DNA of 64,000 nt from Centroscyllium fabricii (lineage: Eukaryota). A program made the position numbers and the translations under genes. Below are positions 25,905 to 39,590 of the stretch, one piece after another. Positions within the stretch are counted from its first letter, which is position 1. Each line of letters opens with the position of its first letter. Under the pieces are notes generated by a model that was given only the letters and a program-made list of their open reading frames with translations, was not told the DNA's origin and did no database searches. The stretch spans positions 239,692,001 to 239,756,000 of the forward strand of contig JBNRSN020000004.1 in the NCBI GenBank assembly GCA_051313645.2, in the 5' to 3' direction.

Positions 25905-27760
25905 TCTTTTTTATTCATTGATGGGATGTGGGCATCGCTGGCTGGCTAGGCCTGCGTTTAGTGCCCATCCCTAATTGCCCTTGAGAAGATGGTGGTGAGC
26001 CGCCTTCTTGAACCGCTGCAGTCCATATGGTGTAGGTACATCCACAATGTTGTTAGGAAGGGAGTTCCAGGATTTTGGCCCAGCGACAGTGAAGGAGCGG
26101 CGATACAGGTCCAAGTCAGGATGGTGTGTGGCTTGGAGAGGAACTTGTAGGTGGTGCTTTTCCCATGCGTCTGCTGCCCTTCTAAGTGGTAGAGATCACG
26201 GGGTTGGAAGGTGCTGTTGAAGGAGCTTTGGCGAGTTGCTGCAGTGCATCTTGTAGATGGTACACACTGCAGCCACAGTGCGCCGGTGGTGGAGGGAGTG
26301 AATGTTGGAGGTGGTGGGTGGAGTGCCAATCAAGCGGCCTGCTTTATCCTGAATGGTGTCGAGCTTCTTGAGTGTTGTTGGAGCTGCACTCATCCAGGCA
26401 AGTGGAGAGTATTCCATCACACTCCTGACTTGTGCCTTGCAGATGGTGGAAAGGCTTTGGGGAGTCAGGAGGTGAGACACTCGCCGCAGAATTCCCAGCC
26501 TCTGGCCTGCTCTTGCAGCCACAGTATTTATATGGCTGGTCCAGTTCAGTTTCCGATCAATGGTAAGCCCCCAGGATGTTGATAGTGGGGGATTCAGCGA
26601 TGATAATGCCATTGAATGTCAAGGGGAGATGGTTAGAGTCTCGCTTGTTGGAGATGGTCATTGCCTGGCACTTGTGTGGTGCGAATGTTACTTGCCACTT
26701 GTCAGCCCAAGTCTGAATGTTGTCCAGGTCTTGCTGCATATGAACACAGACTGCGTCAGTATCTGACGAGTCTCGAATGGTGCTGAACAGTGTGCAATCA
26801 TCAGCGAACATCCCCACTTCTGACCTTATGATGGAGGGAAGGTCATTGATGAAACAGCTGAAGATGGTTGGGCCTAGGACACTGCCCTGAGGAACTCCTG
26901 CAGTGATATCCTGTGGTTGAGATGAATGACCTCCAACAACCACAGCCAACTTCCTTTGTGCTAGGTATGATTCCAACCAATGGAGAGTTTTCTCCTTGAT
27001 TCCCATTGACTTTAGCTTTGCCAGGGCTCCTTGATGCCACACTCAATCAAATGCTGCCTTGATGTCAAGGGCAGTCACTCTCACCTCACCTCTTGAGTTC
27101 AGCTCTTTTGTCCATGTTTGGACCAAGACTGTAATGAGGTCAGGAGCTGAGTGGCCCTGGCGGAACTCAAACTGGGCGTCAGTTAGCAGGTTATTGCTGA
27201 GGAAGTGCCGCTTGATAGCACTGTCGACGACACCTTCCATCACTTTGCTGATGATTGAGAGTAGACTGCTGGGACAGTAATTGGCCGGGTCGGATTTGTC
27301 CTGCTTTTTGTAGACAGGACATACTTGGGCAATTTTCCACATTGCTGGGTAGATGCCAGTATTGTAGCTGTACTGGAACAACTTGGCTAGGGGCGCAGCT
27401 AGTTCTGGAGCACAAGTCTTCAGTACTATTGCCGGAATGTTGTCAGGGCCCATAGCCTTTGCAGTATCCAGTGTCTTCAGCTGTGTCTTGACATCACATG
27501 GAGTGAATTGAATGGGCTGAAGACTGGCATCTGTGATGCTGGGGACCTCAAGAGGAGGCCAAGATGGATCATCCACTCGGCATTTCTGGCTGAAGATAGT
27601 TGCAAATGCTTCAGCCTTGTCTTTTGCACTCACGTGCTGGGCTCCACCATCATTGAGGATGGGGATATTTTTGGAGCCTTCTCCTCCTGTTAACTGTTTA
27701 ATTGTCCACCACCACTCACGACTGGATGTGGCAGGACTGCAGAGCTTTGATTTGATTTCT
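25905..27760 (-). mobile_element. CR1-type LINE ORF2 (RT) 3' portion
   Basis: 'KAMGPDNIP..LAKLFQ..ALDIKAAFD', 'GVPQGSVLGPTIFSCFINDL..FADD', 'KAQVRSVMEYS'; frameshifted. Confidence 0.93.
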
Positions 27761-27837
27761 CTTTGAACTATGTGACAATGCGGTGATGATTTAACAGGTT
27801 GTCTCACACTCCAGAGTCACATTAACCATTTCATGTC

Positions 27838-28085
27838 GTGCTATGCCATCACCTGCAAGCTCCCCTTCCAAGTCACACACCATCCTGACTTGGAAATATA
27901 TCGCTGTTCCTTCATCGACGCTGGGTCAAAATCCTGCAACTCCCTCCCTAACAGCACTGTGGGAGTACATTCACCACAGGGACTGCAACGGTTCAAGAAG
28001 GCAGCTCACAACCACATTCTCAAGGGCAATTAGGGATGGGCAATAAATGCTGGCCTTGTCAGCGACACCCACATCCCAGGAACAA
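27838..28085 (+). mobile_element. Second 3'-end copy of the same CR1 family, in inverted orientation
   Basis: Reverse-complement similarity to 25930-26170. Confidence 0.8.
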
Positions 28086-28829
28086 ATGTTGTCAAGTAAC
28101 TGAGCATGTCTGAGACCCACTCTTCAGTGCAAATTGACCATGCATTGCAGCATGCTAGTTACTTCACTTGAGGGCTAGCGGAACAAATCACATTTACACA
28201 CTCATGCCAGTATCCCAATATTATGCCACACGTGCCATCTGAGACAAGCCATTCTTGGGCTTTCAGGTGATCTTATCAAAAAATAGTAGTCATCTGAAGA
28301 TCTTTTTTCATCTCCCTCTGCATGTCTCGAGTAATGGCCAGGCTATCAAATTCCGTTTTCATGGGCAAGGACACAAAGTCTCCAAGAGAAAGCGGTCAAT
28401 TTTACACATCCCATTAATTATCATTCTATCTCATTCATGATCCCTAGAGGAAACTTAATATCCAATACAATATTTTCACAATATCTTTAAAACAAAAATC
28501 AAATGTTCCCACTTGGTCCAATTTATTAACACATTTTTTTAATTCTTTATTTTAGAAGATCTTTTATTTTCCCCAAAGTAACCCAATATATTGTGCCCAA
28601 ATCCATTTTATTATTGCAGTACTGTTGGACTGACAGGTTTTGCCGATGTTCAATTTAATTTCCACACAAACTTTTTCTCTTGATACACAGCAATTGACAG
28701 GACCACCTAGACTGCTCTCAACCAGTTTATTTTAATGAAAATGTAATTATCCCCTTTAACTTGGGGTAGATTTCCCCTTCTCATATCAATTTATCTTATC
28801 AGCTCCAATTTCAGAAACAAGTGATTACC

Positions 28830-29400
28830 AGGTTGTTGATGCACCGCGGCAACCGGTTGAGCTCCCTGACCAATCTGCATGGCTCCTATCGCTGCCTCCA
28901 TTCTCTCTAGCCACTGCTCAACCAAGTTGGGGCCCATCTGTCTCAGAGGAGGGCAACATTGACGAGCATAGTGGCCGAGTCGATTGCAGAGTTAGTCGTC
29001 TACCAGGACACCCTTCTCTGGCGTAGGGCTTTTATATGTCTGTGATCTCTAGCCAGGCAACGGGCCCTCGACGGCTGCTACTTTAGCTTTAGTGGGTGCT
29101 CTAGGGATATTGATGCGGGTCTGCTCCCAAGCAGTCCCAAGGGGTGTCTTTGGAGACATAGGCACTCAGCGTATTACAGACCAATGGTTGGAGGCCATTC
29201 AAAAACAGGGCTTGAAGCCCGGAGAGTTGAAGTAGTCGCCTGGTCCATATTCCCTAGTGTGCTGGAATATGTCATGGAGTTTATGCGTGAAGGTATTGGG
29301 GCTTTCAGTAGGGCCCTGTTTGGTATTAGCTAGGAGCTGGTGGAAGTCAATGCCCTCCTCCCTTAGTGTCAAATGCACAACTTCTTCCAATTAATGATTT
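28830..29400 (-). mobile_element. Retroelement gag remnant with decayed zinc knuckle
   Basis: Minus strand near 28955-28995 reads '*LCNRLGHYARQC', a CCHC knuckle lacking the first Cys. Confidence 0.5.
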
Positions 29401-29980
29401 CTTACAAGGTCCAAGGTAAGTTGGTGTAAGGATGTGCAGGAGTAGGATAGGCAAGGCAGAATGACAGGGATGTGATGAGAGACACAGCAGGATGAGGTTG
29501 AGTGTGGCTTTGTACTAACGCTTCATGATCTACTGAGATCATTGAAACGTTTGCGGCACCGCACCCAGGTCCTCCTGACCACATCCCTGCTTGTGCCCAC
29601 CTCTGCAATGTGCAACCAGGCTGTGTTGATCTCCTGGGGAGGTCTCTTCCGCCCATGGGAAGGAAAGAGGGCCTCCCTGCGTGCAGCTTGGGTGCAGCCT
29701 GTGCCTTGGTGCAGTGCGTGTCAGTGTTTGCAGCACCTCAATGCTGCAGAACACGGACAGCACAAATGTCAGGACAAATGTCGCCATGGTCCCTTTAAGG
29801 AAATGGGCTGATGACGCATCATGAAATAACATCACCAGACCCACTTTGTCTCATTGGGCTAGGCAACACACTGGTCGGGCTTAGCAAGCCCCATCAACAG
29901 AAAGTAATTTTACACAGCGGGATGGAGCCAGCAGCGGGGCCGAGACCCGCCACGGACCCACTGAGGTAAGTAAAATCATG
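29400..29980 (-). mobile_element. Harbinger Myb/SANT exon remnant
   Basis: Minus strand near 29530-29585 reads 'VRRTWVRCRKRFNDLSRS'. Confidence 0.65.
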
Positions 29981-30583
29981 GCCATTGATTAGGTTAACTG
30001 GTCTCCCTGCACTTTTGCTGGGAAAAAGAAGTATAAGAAGGTATCTCTCTGACACTTAGGTTGGAGGAGCATTCGGCCAAGAGCTTGGGAACTCGGGGGT
30101 GGACTCGTGGAGATCGCAATTTCTACCCAGGGCATAATAGGTAATATAACTCACAACTGCGCCTTGTTAGACTACTGCTCAGATGCTATAATGTATCAAG
30201 TCTCACTCACACTGAATAAAATATAATCACTGTCACCAATACGGGTCAAGTCAAATCTTTTGGAACTTAGGAGTGAAAAGATTAATTGGCAATGACCCCG
30301 TAACCCTAACAATATATTTGATGGGTTTCTCCTCATTCCAATTATGCAACAATACGGACGTTGATTGTCAGTCCCATCCTGCCAAACTACTTAGGCGTTA
30401 TTTGTATTACTGTCGGAATTTGGCATAGTCGATGAATGTGTAGGTGGTTTGCCTTGGTGGTTCGAATCACCTCTCCTATTTAGTTCCAGATGACTGGAAT
30501 TACAGTGAACAGGATTGGAACAGACAAGCTTTTCGGACTCAACCGTACGGTAATTATTAAGGTTAACACACACACCTGCCTCC

Positions 30584-30965
30584 AGGAGCAGGAGTAGGCC
30601 ATTCGGCCCTTCGAGCCTGCTCCGCCATTCAATGAGATCATGGCTGATCATCCAAACCCAGTACCCTGTCCCTGCCTTGTCCCCATATCCCTCGATCCCT
30701 ATCGAGCCTGCACCGACACATATCCCACCCTATCCCCGTAACCCCACATATTCAATCCCCCTAACACTAAGTTTCAATTTATCCTGGTCAATCAACCTAA
30801 CCCGCACATCTTTGGACTGTGGGAGGAAACCGGAGCACCCGAAGGAAACCCACGCAGACACGGGGAGAATGTGCAAACTCCACGCAGATAGTACCCGAGG
30901 CTGGATTTGAACCCGGGTCTCCAGTGCTGTGAGGCAACAGTGCTAACCACTATGCCACCGTGCCG
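30584..30965 (-). mobile_element. HE1-like V-SINE
   Basis: A/B boxes, V-domain and CR1 tail. Near-identical to 32254-32656. Confidence 0.9.
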
Positions 30966-31123
30966 CGCCTGGTGGCGTAAAACAAACAGTACAACAATAC
31001 AACTTGGCCCGTCAAACAGGCCCCTGTCTCGTATTAAAATGCCTAAAATCACTGTGTTGCTATAAAGAGTATACATGGAGTTGTCCCACAAACGCTGGAA
31101 CATACACTATATAATACACATAA

Positions 31124-31320
31124 TGCGGAGGTGCCGGTGTTGGACTGGGGTGGACAAATGCAAAAAGTCACACAACACCAGGTTTAAAGTCCAACGTTTT
31201 ATTTTAAATCACAAGCTTTCGGAGCTTTTGCCCCTTCGTCAGGTGAGGGGCAAAAGCTCCGAAAGCTTGTGATTTAAAATAAAACGTTGGACTTTAAACC
31301 TGGTGTTGTGTGACTTTTTG
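31124..31320. mobile_element. Penelope-like terminal fragment in inverted arrangement, with a hammerhead motif on the minus strand (31209-31246)
   Basis: Perfect 75-bp inverted repeat (31161-31235 / 31246-31320) with a 10-nt spacer. Same family as 18125-18265. Flanked by the direct repeat tatataatacaca (31108, 31321). Confidence 0.8.
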
Positions 31321-32253
31321 TATATAATACACACATAACCTCCCCACTGAGCCCCTCTGGATTGGTTGGGACACACAACACCCTCTCACACAGTGCCGGT
31401 GGTCTTAAGGATGCGTGGAATTGGACAATGCTCACCCCGATTGTTCGGTTTCCTGCTCGCTGCTTCCATGTGTAGAGCGTGTCTCCTGGTTCAGTATCGC
31501 CGATGCAGTATCCAAGTCCCACTTGCGAGGTTCATTCCTACAGTTGAAGAGCAAGGCGAGGCTCTTGTCGCTCGTGGTAGTTTCTTCTCTCCGTCCCGGA
31601 TGGAGTGCTCAGTTCTTGGATCAGAGATGCGGGCACGCGAAGGGGAGAGCAAGTGAGAGAGAGCGAGAATGGCCAAAACTGCCTTCTCTTATACCCTAAA
31701 AGTTCATTAAGGTCTGTGTACTGCAGTGATGTCTTTTTAATCACCCTTCTTTGTCTGGTTTCCTGCCTTTTTGGGCTATCCCATCTAGGTGCTGGTGTTA
31801 ATGGCAGATGATGTGTTGCACTTCTCACCCGATCCTGGGTTAAGTGGTTTCCCATGAGTTTACAATGGCCCTCCATCTTCTGCCCATTACCATATTGTTT
31901 CCCAGAGAGCTCTGTCTGCTCAAACATTTTCCCTTAATCAGTTTGTAGGCCTGGCTGGAATCTCCTGTCCATCACGAACACCTGGGCCCCTCCCATCTTC
32001 TCCACACAGGCTGCTGGTCAATCAGCAATACAATCATACAAAATGCCCGATACAAAAAAAAATCCTTGGGGCCTGCACTGATGCTTACAATGTGTAGGAC
32101 AGCAACTTAAAAGATTGTGCAAAAACGTAGCAGCACGGACACCAAAATAACTTTGCAAAATGGTTAATGCAGAAAAGGAAAAATGCTCCCATCAAAAAAA
32201 GAATTGGTATTTGGAAAGTTACTTATGTAATAAAAAGCGATATCCTTAAGAAG

Positions 32254-32656
32254 CATAGAAACATAGAAACATAGAAACTAGGAGCAGGAGTAGGCCATTC
32301 GGCCCTTCGAGCCTGCTCCGCCATTCAATGAGATCATGGCTGATCATCCAAACCCAGTACCCCGCCCCTGTCCTCTCCCCACATCCCTATCGAGCCTGCA
32401 TCGACACATATCCCACCCTATCCCCGTAACCCCACATATTCAATCCCCCTAACACTAAGGGTCAATTTATCGTGGCCAACCAACCTAACCCGCACATCTT
32501 TGGACTGTGGGAGGAAACCGGAGCACCCGGAGGAAACCCACGCAGACACGGGGAGAATGTGCAAACTCCACACAGATAGTACCCGAGGCTGGATTTGAAC
32601 CCGGGTCTCCAGTGCTGTGAGACAACAGTGCTAACCGCTGTGCCACCGTGCTGCCC
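32254..32656 (-). mobile_element. HE1-like V-SINE, full length, with (catagaaa)n tail
   Basis: A/B boxes, V-domain and tail repeat. Confidence 0.92.
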
Positions 32657-33213
32657 TGAATATGCCTGGCCTGCTGAGCACTCACAATGCTCAGTTTGAG
32701 GGATAATTCTGTGGGTGGAGCCTTGCCTAAACTCATATAATTTGACATGGGGCCTTATTTTAGCCATTTACACAAGGCCCATACATCTCAGCAGTGTACA
32801 TACTCCTAGCTCCCCACAATCCATTCGATGATTCTAATTATCCAGCAGAAAATGGGGCTCACTGAGAATTTCACATGAAACTGCATGCATGATTTTCTAA
32901 TTCACACTTGATGGCTGTGGTGCTGGGCCTTGCAAAATTGGGGCTGCAGTGTATTATATTTAGTCCTCATCAATATACCTTCCACATACGTACTAGGACT
33001 GATTTTCAGATTTGGTTGTGGACCCAGTGGGAGCCATACACTGTGGGATTTACAACAGCCTGACTGATGAAGACTGACCCTGCTGAATTTTAGCGGTCAA
33101 CCTAATTTAAAAAGTTTAAGGGAGCCTCTGGCCCACATTGGGTCTGCTGCTGGGAGCTCGCTAGAAGGTGTCTCAGCAGCTATTAGAGTGTTGCTAACAC
33201 AGGATGATGAGTA

Positions 33214-36200
33214 AACATAGAAACATAGAAGATAGGAGCAGGAGTAGGCCATTTGACCCCTCGAGCCTGCTCCACCATTTAATGAGATCATGGCTGATCA
33301 TCCAAATTTAGTACCCTGTCCCTGCTTTCTCCCCATATCCCTTGATCCCTTTAGCCTTAAGAAATATATCTAACTCCTTCTTGAATATATTTAATGAATT
33401 GGCCTCAACTGCCTTTTGTGGTAGAGAATTCCACAGGTTCACCATTCTCTGGGTGAAGAAATTCCTCCTCATTTCTGTCCTAAATGGCTTACCCCTTATC
33501 TTTAGACCACTGGTTCTGGACTCCCTCGCCATCGGGAACATCCTTCGTGCATCTAGTCTGTCTAGTCCTGTTAGAATGTTATAAGTTCCAATGAGAGCCC
33601 CTCTCATTCTTCTAAACTCCAGCGAATATAAGCCCAATCGACCCACTCTCCTTATACGTCATTCCTGCCATCCCAAGTATCCGTCTGGTGAGCGCTGCAC
33701 TCCCTCCATGGCAAGAACATCCTTCCTCAGATAAGGTGATCAAAACTGCACACAATACTCAAGGTGTGGTCTCACCAAGGCCCTGTACAACTGCAGCGAG
33801 ACATCCTTGTTCCTGTACTCGAATCCTCTCGCTATGAAGGCCAACATACCATTTGCCTTCTTAACTGCCTGCTGCACCTGCATGCTTACCTTCAGCGACT
33901 GGTGCACAAGGACACCCAGGTCTCGTTGCACTTCTCCTTCTCCCAATCTATTGCCATTCAGATAATAATCTGCCTTCCTATTTTTGCCACCAAAAAGCCA
34001 TGCATCTGCCCAATCACCCAACCTGTCCAAATCAAACTGGAGTTTCTTGGCATCCTCCTCACAGCACACACACCTACCCAGCTTTGTGTTGGAGATATTA
34101 CATCTAGTTCCCTCATCTAGATCATTTATATATATTGTGAATAGCTGGGGTCCTAGCACCGATCCCTGCAGTACCCCACGAGTCACTGCCTGCCACTCGG
34201 AAAAAGACATGTTTATTCCAACTCTTTGCTTCCTGTCTGCCAACCAGTTCTCTATACAAGGCAGTACCTTATCCCAATCCCATGTGCTTTAACTTTACAT
34301 GCTAATCTCTTATGTTGGACCTTATCAAAACCCTTCTGAAAGTCCAAATACACCACATCCACTGGTTCTCCCTTATCTATTCTACCAGTTATATCCTCAA
34401 AAAATCCAGTAGATTGTAATTCCATGTTGACTTTTTCCGATCCTGTCACTGTTTTCCAAGTGCTCTGCTATTACATCTTTTATAATGGGCTCTAGCATTT
34501 TCCCCACTACCAATGTCAGGCTTACTGGTCTATAATTCTCCGTTTTCTCTCTACCACCTTTTTTGAATACATTAGCTGCCCTCCAATCCATGGGAACTAT
34601 TCAGAGTCTATAAAATTTTGGAACATGATCAGCAATGCATCAACTATTTTGAGGGCCACTTCCTTAAGTACCCTAGGATGTAGATTATCAGGCCCTGGGG
34701 ATTTATCGGCCTTCAATCCCATCAATTTCCCTAACACCATTTCCCTACAAATACTGATTTAATTCAGTTCCTCCCTCTCATTAGACCCTATGGCCCAGAA
34801 ATTTGGGTTGGAGGCTTCCCGCGAGTGCAAGCCTCCAACCTGCGCTGCCGTTGAGTTGTGGCCCCACATGGAATCACGATGCGGGGCCTTCCTGAAGTGC
34901 TAGCGCGCCATGCTCCCAGATCTGAGCGGCGCAGTTAGTGCAAGGGATCGCGCGGGATCATGTGGGCCATGGAGAGCCAATCGGAGCACAGAATGCTCCA
35001 TTCATAAGTTTGACAGGAAGACCGGTCAAACTTATGAATACTACAAGCCCCAAACCCTCAGTAAATCTTAATTTTTTTTTAAATCACATTTTTTTAAATA
35101 ACTATCAATTACATAAATTAGCTATTTTAAACAAAAAATTTAAATTTTGAAAAAAATAATTAAAGTTTTTAACGGGGCTAAAAGTAAACTTACCTTTCTT
35201 TAAAGTATTTAAAAATAAAAAACCTGTGGATTTTTTTTTTTAATTGAATTAATTCACCACTTACCTTCTGAAAAGGGGTCTTTGCGCATGAACATAGGAG
35301 CCGTATCTTTTTCCATACTTACCCAGAGACAGAACCTGTAAAAAAATTCGGAAGTGCATTGTGCGTGCGCAGCCACGCACGCATTCCGACCCCTGACCCC
35401 TTCTATCAGGGGATTGGAAGAGCCGGTTTCACGCGCATGCACTGTGCATGCACGAAACTGGTACTTCGGATAGGCCTACGGGTGAGTACCCAGCGCGTAC
35501 TCACGCGTTGGGAATGGAATTTCTGGGCCTATGTTCCCTGACATCTCTGGGAGGTTATTTGTGTCCTCCTTTGTGAAGTCAGAACCAAAGTATGTATTTA
35601 ATTAGTCTGCCATTTCTTTGTTTCGCATTATAAAATCCCCTGATTCTGACTGCAAGGGACCTACGCTTGACTTCACCAATCTTTTTCTCTTCACATATTT
35701 ATAGAAGCATTTACAGTCAGTTTTTATGTTCTCTGCAAGCTTACTCTCATATTCTATTTTCCCCCTCTTAATTAATCCCTTTGTCCTCCTTTGCTGAATC
35801 CTAAACTGCTCCCAATCCACAGGTTTTCTGCTTTATCTGGCCAATTTATATGTCCTCTCCTTGGATCTTATGCTAACCATAATTTCCCTTGTTAGCCACG
35901 GTTGAGTTACCTTTATTTTATTTTTGTGCCAAACCGGGATGAACAAATTCTGTAGTTCATCCATGCGATCTTTAAATGTTTGCATTTGCCTATCCACCGT
36001 CAACCCTTTAAGTAACGTTGCCCAATCCATCCTTGATAAAACGCACCTCATACCATCATAGTTTCCTTTATCTAAATTCAGGATCCTAGTCTCTGAGTCA
36101 AATACTTCACTCTCCATCTTAATGAAGAATTCTAGCATACTATGATTGCTCCGCCCCTAGGGGCCTCGTACAACAAGATTGCTAATTAATCCTTTCTCAT

Positions 36201-36678
36201 TACATAATACCCAGTCTAAGATGGCCTGATCTCTAATTGGTTCCTCGACATATTGGTCCAGGAAACCATCCCATATACATTCTAGGAATTCCTCCTCCAC
36301 AGTATTGTTACTAATTTGGTTAACCCAATCTATACATAAATTAAAGTCACCCATGATAACTGCTGTGCCCTTATTGCACGCATCTCTAATTTCCCATTTA
36401 ATGCCATCCCCAAACTCAGCATTACTGTTTGGGGGTCTGTATACAACTCCCACTAACGTTTTCTGCCCTTGGTATTTCTCCGCTCTACCCATACAGGTTC
36501 CATATCATCAGAGCTAATATCCTTCCTTACTATTGTGTTAATCTCTTTAACTAGCAATGCTACCCCACCTCCTTTTCCTTTTTGCCTGTCTTTCCTGAAT
36601 ATTGAATACCTCTAGATGTTGAATTCCCAGCCTTGGTCAACCTGGAGCCATGTCTCTATAATCCCAATTATATCATTA
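33214..36678 (-). mobile_element. CR1 (HER1-like) LINE with near-complete ORF2, decayed
   Basis: EN 'VGVVYRPPN..IMGDFN..ILDWVL'; RT 'ENYRPVSLT', 'VVYLDFQKGFDKV', 'QGSVLGPQLFTIYINDL', 'LVRPHLEYCVQF', 'FFTQRMVNLWNSLP'. Its tail is shared with the SINEs. Confidence 0.93.
34792..35529. mobile_element. Non-autonomous PIF/Harbinger-type element (738 bp) inserted in the CR1
   Basis: 12-bp TIRs ggcccagaaatt / aatttctgggcc and a 3-bp TSD TAT (34789-34791, 35530-35532). Confidence 0.85.
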
Positions 36679-38057
36679 AAGGTATGAAGCCACATAAAGA
36701 TCGTGTCTCGGAGGAAAACTTATGTTAGCTTATAAAATGTTGTAAGAATTCTCAATACACATTTGTACATTTCCAAACATTATTTGAGGAATAAAGGTAT
36801 CTGACAATATTCCAATAACTGACACAATAAATATAATGGCAGGGAATGCAGTCTATGGGTTAGTGATGGAGCAGCACAGCTCTTGAGCCCTTTGTTTAAT
36901 AACTGCTGCTGCATGAGCTGGGTGCAGAAAGGTTTACCGGTGTTTGTCATTTCAGGACACCTTCTCCAGGGGACAATACTGCAACATGTCTGCCAGACAG
37001 TGGTGACCAGGCTCAAAGCTCCATTAAGTGCCCACAAGTTGGGGGGGATTTTCATGCCCCCGTGAGGTGGGCTTTTCGGCAGGTCGGCGATCAAACTAGC
37101 GGAACCAGCGGGTTGCGAACCCCCCCCCCCTCCGCCACCGCCGGATCCCTATCGATTTCCCATTTTCGGTCGGCCTGTTTCCCCGCCCTGAATCTTTCCC
37201 ACCGGCGGCCAGCAGGGATGGCTGATCAGATGATTAAGGGCCCTTAATTGGCATGTGTAATGCCATTTTAAGGGCCCTTGGGGATTTTCAGCCCCTCCCC
37301 ACCTTAACCCCGCCATCGTAAACCCCGCTGGGTGAAACCCAGTGGGAGCACAATTATTTTAAAACTTACTCCTTCCAGGTGTTGAAGGCCCTGGAGCCAA
37401 ATGCTTCTCAGACCTTCATCACACTGCAGGAGTAAGTCACTCCCTTAGGGCAGCAGCAGCTGTGGGGAAAAACTTCAAAAACTGCCTTCCCCATCTCCAA
37501 TGACAGACGCTGGCTCTCTGTCAAAAATTTGAAGCCCGCCCGCCCACCTGTCACTCAGCAGCATATGCCTTTCCCCATTGGTCACACTTCACTGTGAGGT
37601 CACAGTGGAGTGTTTCCATGGGAACTGTAAACAGACAGTTCCAGCATTTCCCTCACAGTGCAGTTTCAGTGCCATAGTTGAAAATAGTGTGGCCTTCCCT
37701 GGCCTTTGGGCGGGCGGGACAGGAACTCACCCTGACCAATCCCTGCCAGGTTCCCGCACTTCCGGCAAAATCCCCCCGAAGATGTGGGAATAGATGTGGA
37801 AGGAAATTGCACAACGTAAGGAAGCAGACAAGGCACACCAACTGAAATTTAACAACTACATGGCCCATATATTTCCAGCAGGGAATTCAGGAGAAACTAC
37901 ATTTCCCAAAGAGTAGTAAGAATGTGGAACATGCTACCATAAGGGGTAGTTGAGGCAAGTAGCATTGATGCATTTAAGGGGATGCTAGATAAGCACATGA
38001 GGCATTTGGATTGCTGGTTTTTCAGTTCTTGTACGCGTTGTATCCCCGGGCTCCCTC

Positions 38058-38180
38058 CCGGGGAGTGTTCTACCGCGCGCTCCGGGCCCCGGGGAGTGTT
38101 CTACTGCACGCTCCGGGCCCCGGGGAGTGTTCTACTGCACGCTCCAGGCCCCGGGGAGTGTTCTACCATGCGCTCCCCCG
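38058..38180. repeat. 31-bp GC-rich minisatellite, about 4 copies
   Basis: ggggagtgttcta recurs at 38060, 38091, 38122 and 38153. Confidence 0.9.
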
Positions 38181-39317
38181 AACCTTCAGTGGTTCGGAAT
38201 TTTCAGTGGTCTGGCACCGGTCCCGTGGGTGCCGGATTACCGGTGCTCAACCTGTACTATGTTTAATCCTCATTCACACCTGATCCCCATTATCATTGTA
38301 TGTATAATTCACATTCATATGCAGTTTCCATTAACATTACATACTATGCTTATTCTTCATTTATATCTCCTACAGATTTTCATAACATTAACGTTTTCCC
38401 TTCATAAATGTAATTAATTAATCTGGACTGATAATAATAAGAATGACACAACCTGCTATTAAACAGATAATTATAAAACGTTTGTGGTCCATAAATTGTT
38501 TTATTCCCACCTATTGCTCAGTTATAATTTTACTTGGGAGTATCTCATCTTCATCCTTGACCATATCAGCTATCCTTGGAAAGCAACACTCTTGCTTATG
38601 ATTTTTTTTAATGAACAATATAGCATTGTTCACTTTTAATTTGATTGAATCCAGTTTTGAAGAGCTGCATATTAATGAAGGCGCAGAATATTCATGATAA
38701 AGGGAAATGACAATCAGAGCACGCCTCACCTCAAGCATGAGAAGTCTCACATTCTGAAACTGATTGGACCTTGTGAGATCCAAACTATATCAGATCCTGG
38801 CTCAAAAAGCACAAACTGATAGTGGCAGCAGTTACAACAACCATAATAGCTACAGCAACAAGAAGAACAACAGCAGCAGCAACAACATTCATGTATAAAG
38901 TGCTCCTAATGTACATAAAGTGCACAAAACCAAACACAATATTTCAAATCAGATCTCCCTAGCACTCTAATACTTTCTTGCATTTGAAATACCTTTTGTG
39001 GTGAGGTCCAGCATTCTTTCAACTTTTAAACCATTCTCTTTGCACCTGCAAACTAACTTTTAATGACTTCGGTACCTGTACCCTAAAGGGCTGATTCTGC
39101 ACACCCAGCAGGAAGCAGCAATCACAGGAAGCACAATGCAGGAAATTGTAGGTGCACAGCCTGAGATTTTCCATCTATTAAAATGAATGGATGAAAAACC
39201 TCAGGCTCTGTGCGCACAATTTCCCGCGTTGCACTCCCTGAGGATGTTGCACCCTGCTAGGAGTGTGTAAGCATGGAATCGACCCTGAAATCCCTTTGTT
39301 CATTTACCAAGTGTCAC

Positions 39318-39590
39318 ATTAGCTCAGTTTTTAGCATTTTTTTCTTTGAGTCAGAAGGTTGTGTGTTCAAATTAAGCTATGGATTTGAGCAAATAATTAA
39401 GGCTGACACTTTAGTATAGTGCAGAGCAAATTCTGCATTGTCACATGTACCATCTTTTGGATGGGACATTAAATGAAGGCCTACTCAGGTGGACATAAAT
39501 GATCCTGTGACACTGTTTGAAAAAGAGCTGCAAATTCTCCTGGAGTCCTGGCCAACATTCCTCCCTCTACCAATGCCACTAAAAACAGTA
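39318..39590 (+). mobile_element. Deu-domain SINE remnant with tRNA-like head
   Basis: 'tagctcagtt..gagtcagaaggttgtgtgttcaaat..tcaggtggacataaatgatcc..tcctggccaacattcctccctc'; related to 23130-23470. Confidence 0.65.

Noticed and set aside
31340-32250. Possible ERV LTR or leader linked to the gag remnant at 28830-29400
   Set aside because: I could not define termini, a TSD or a partner LTR.
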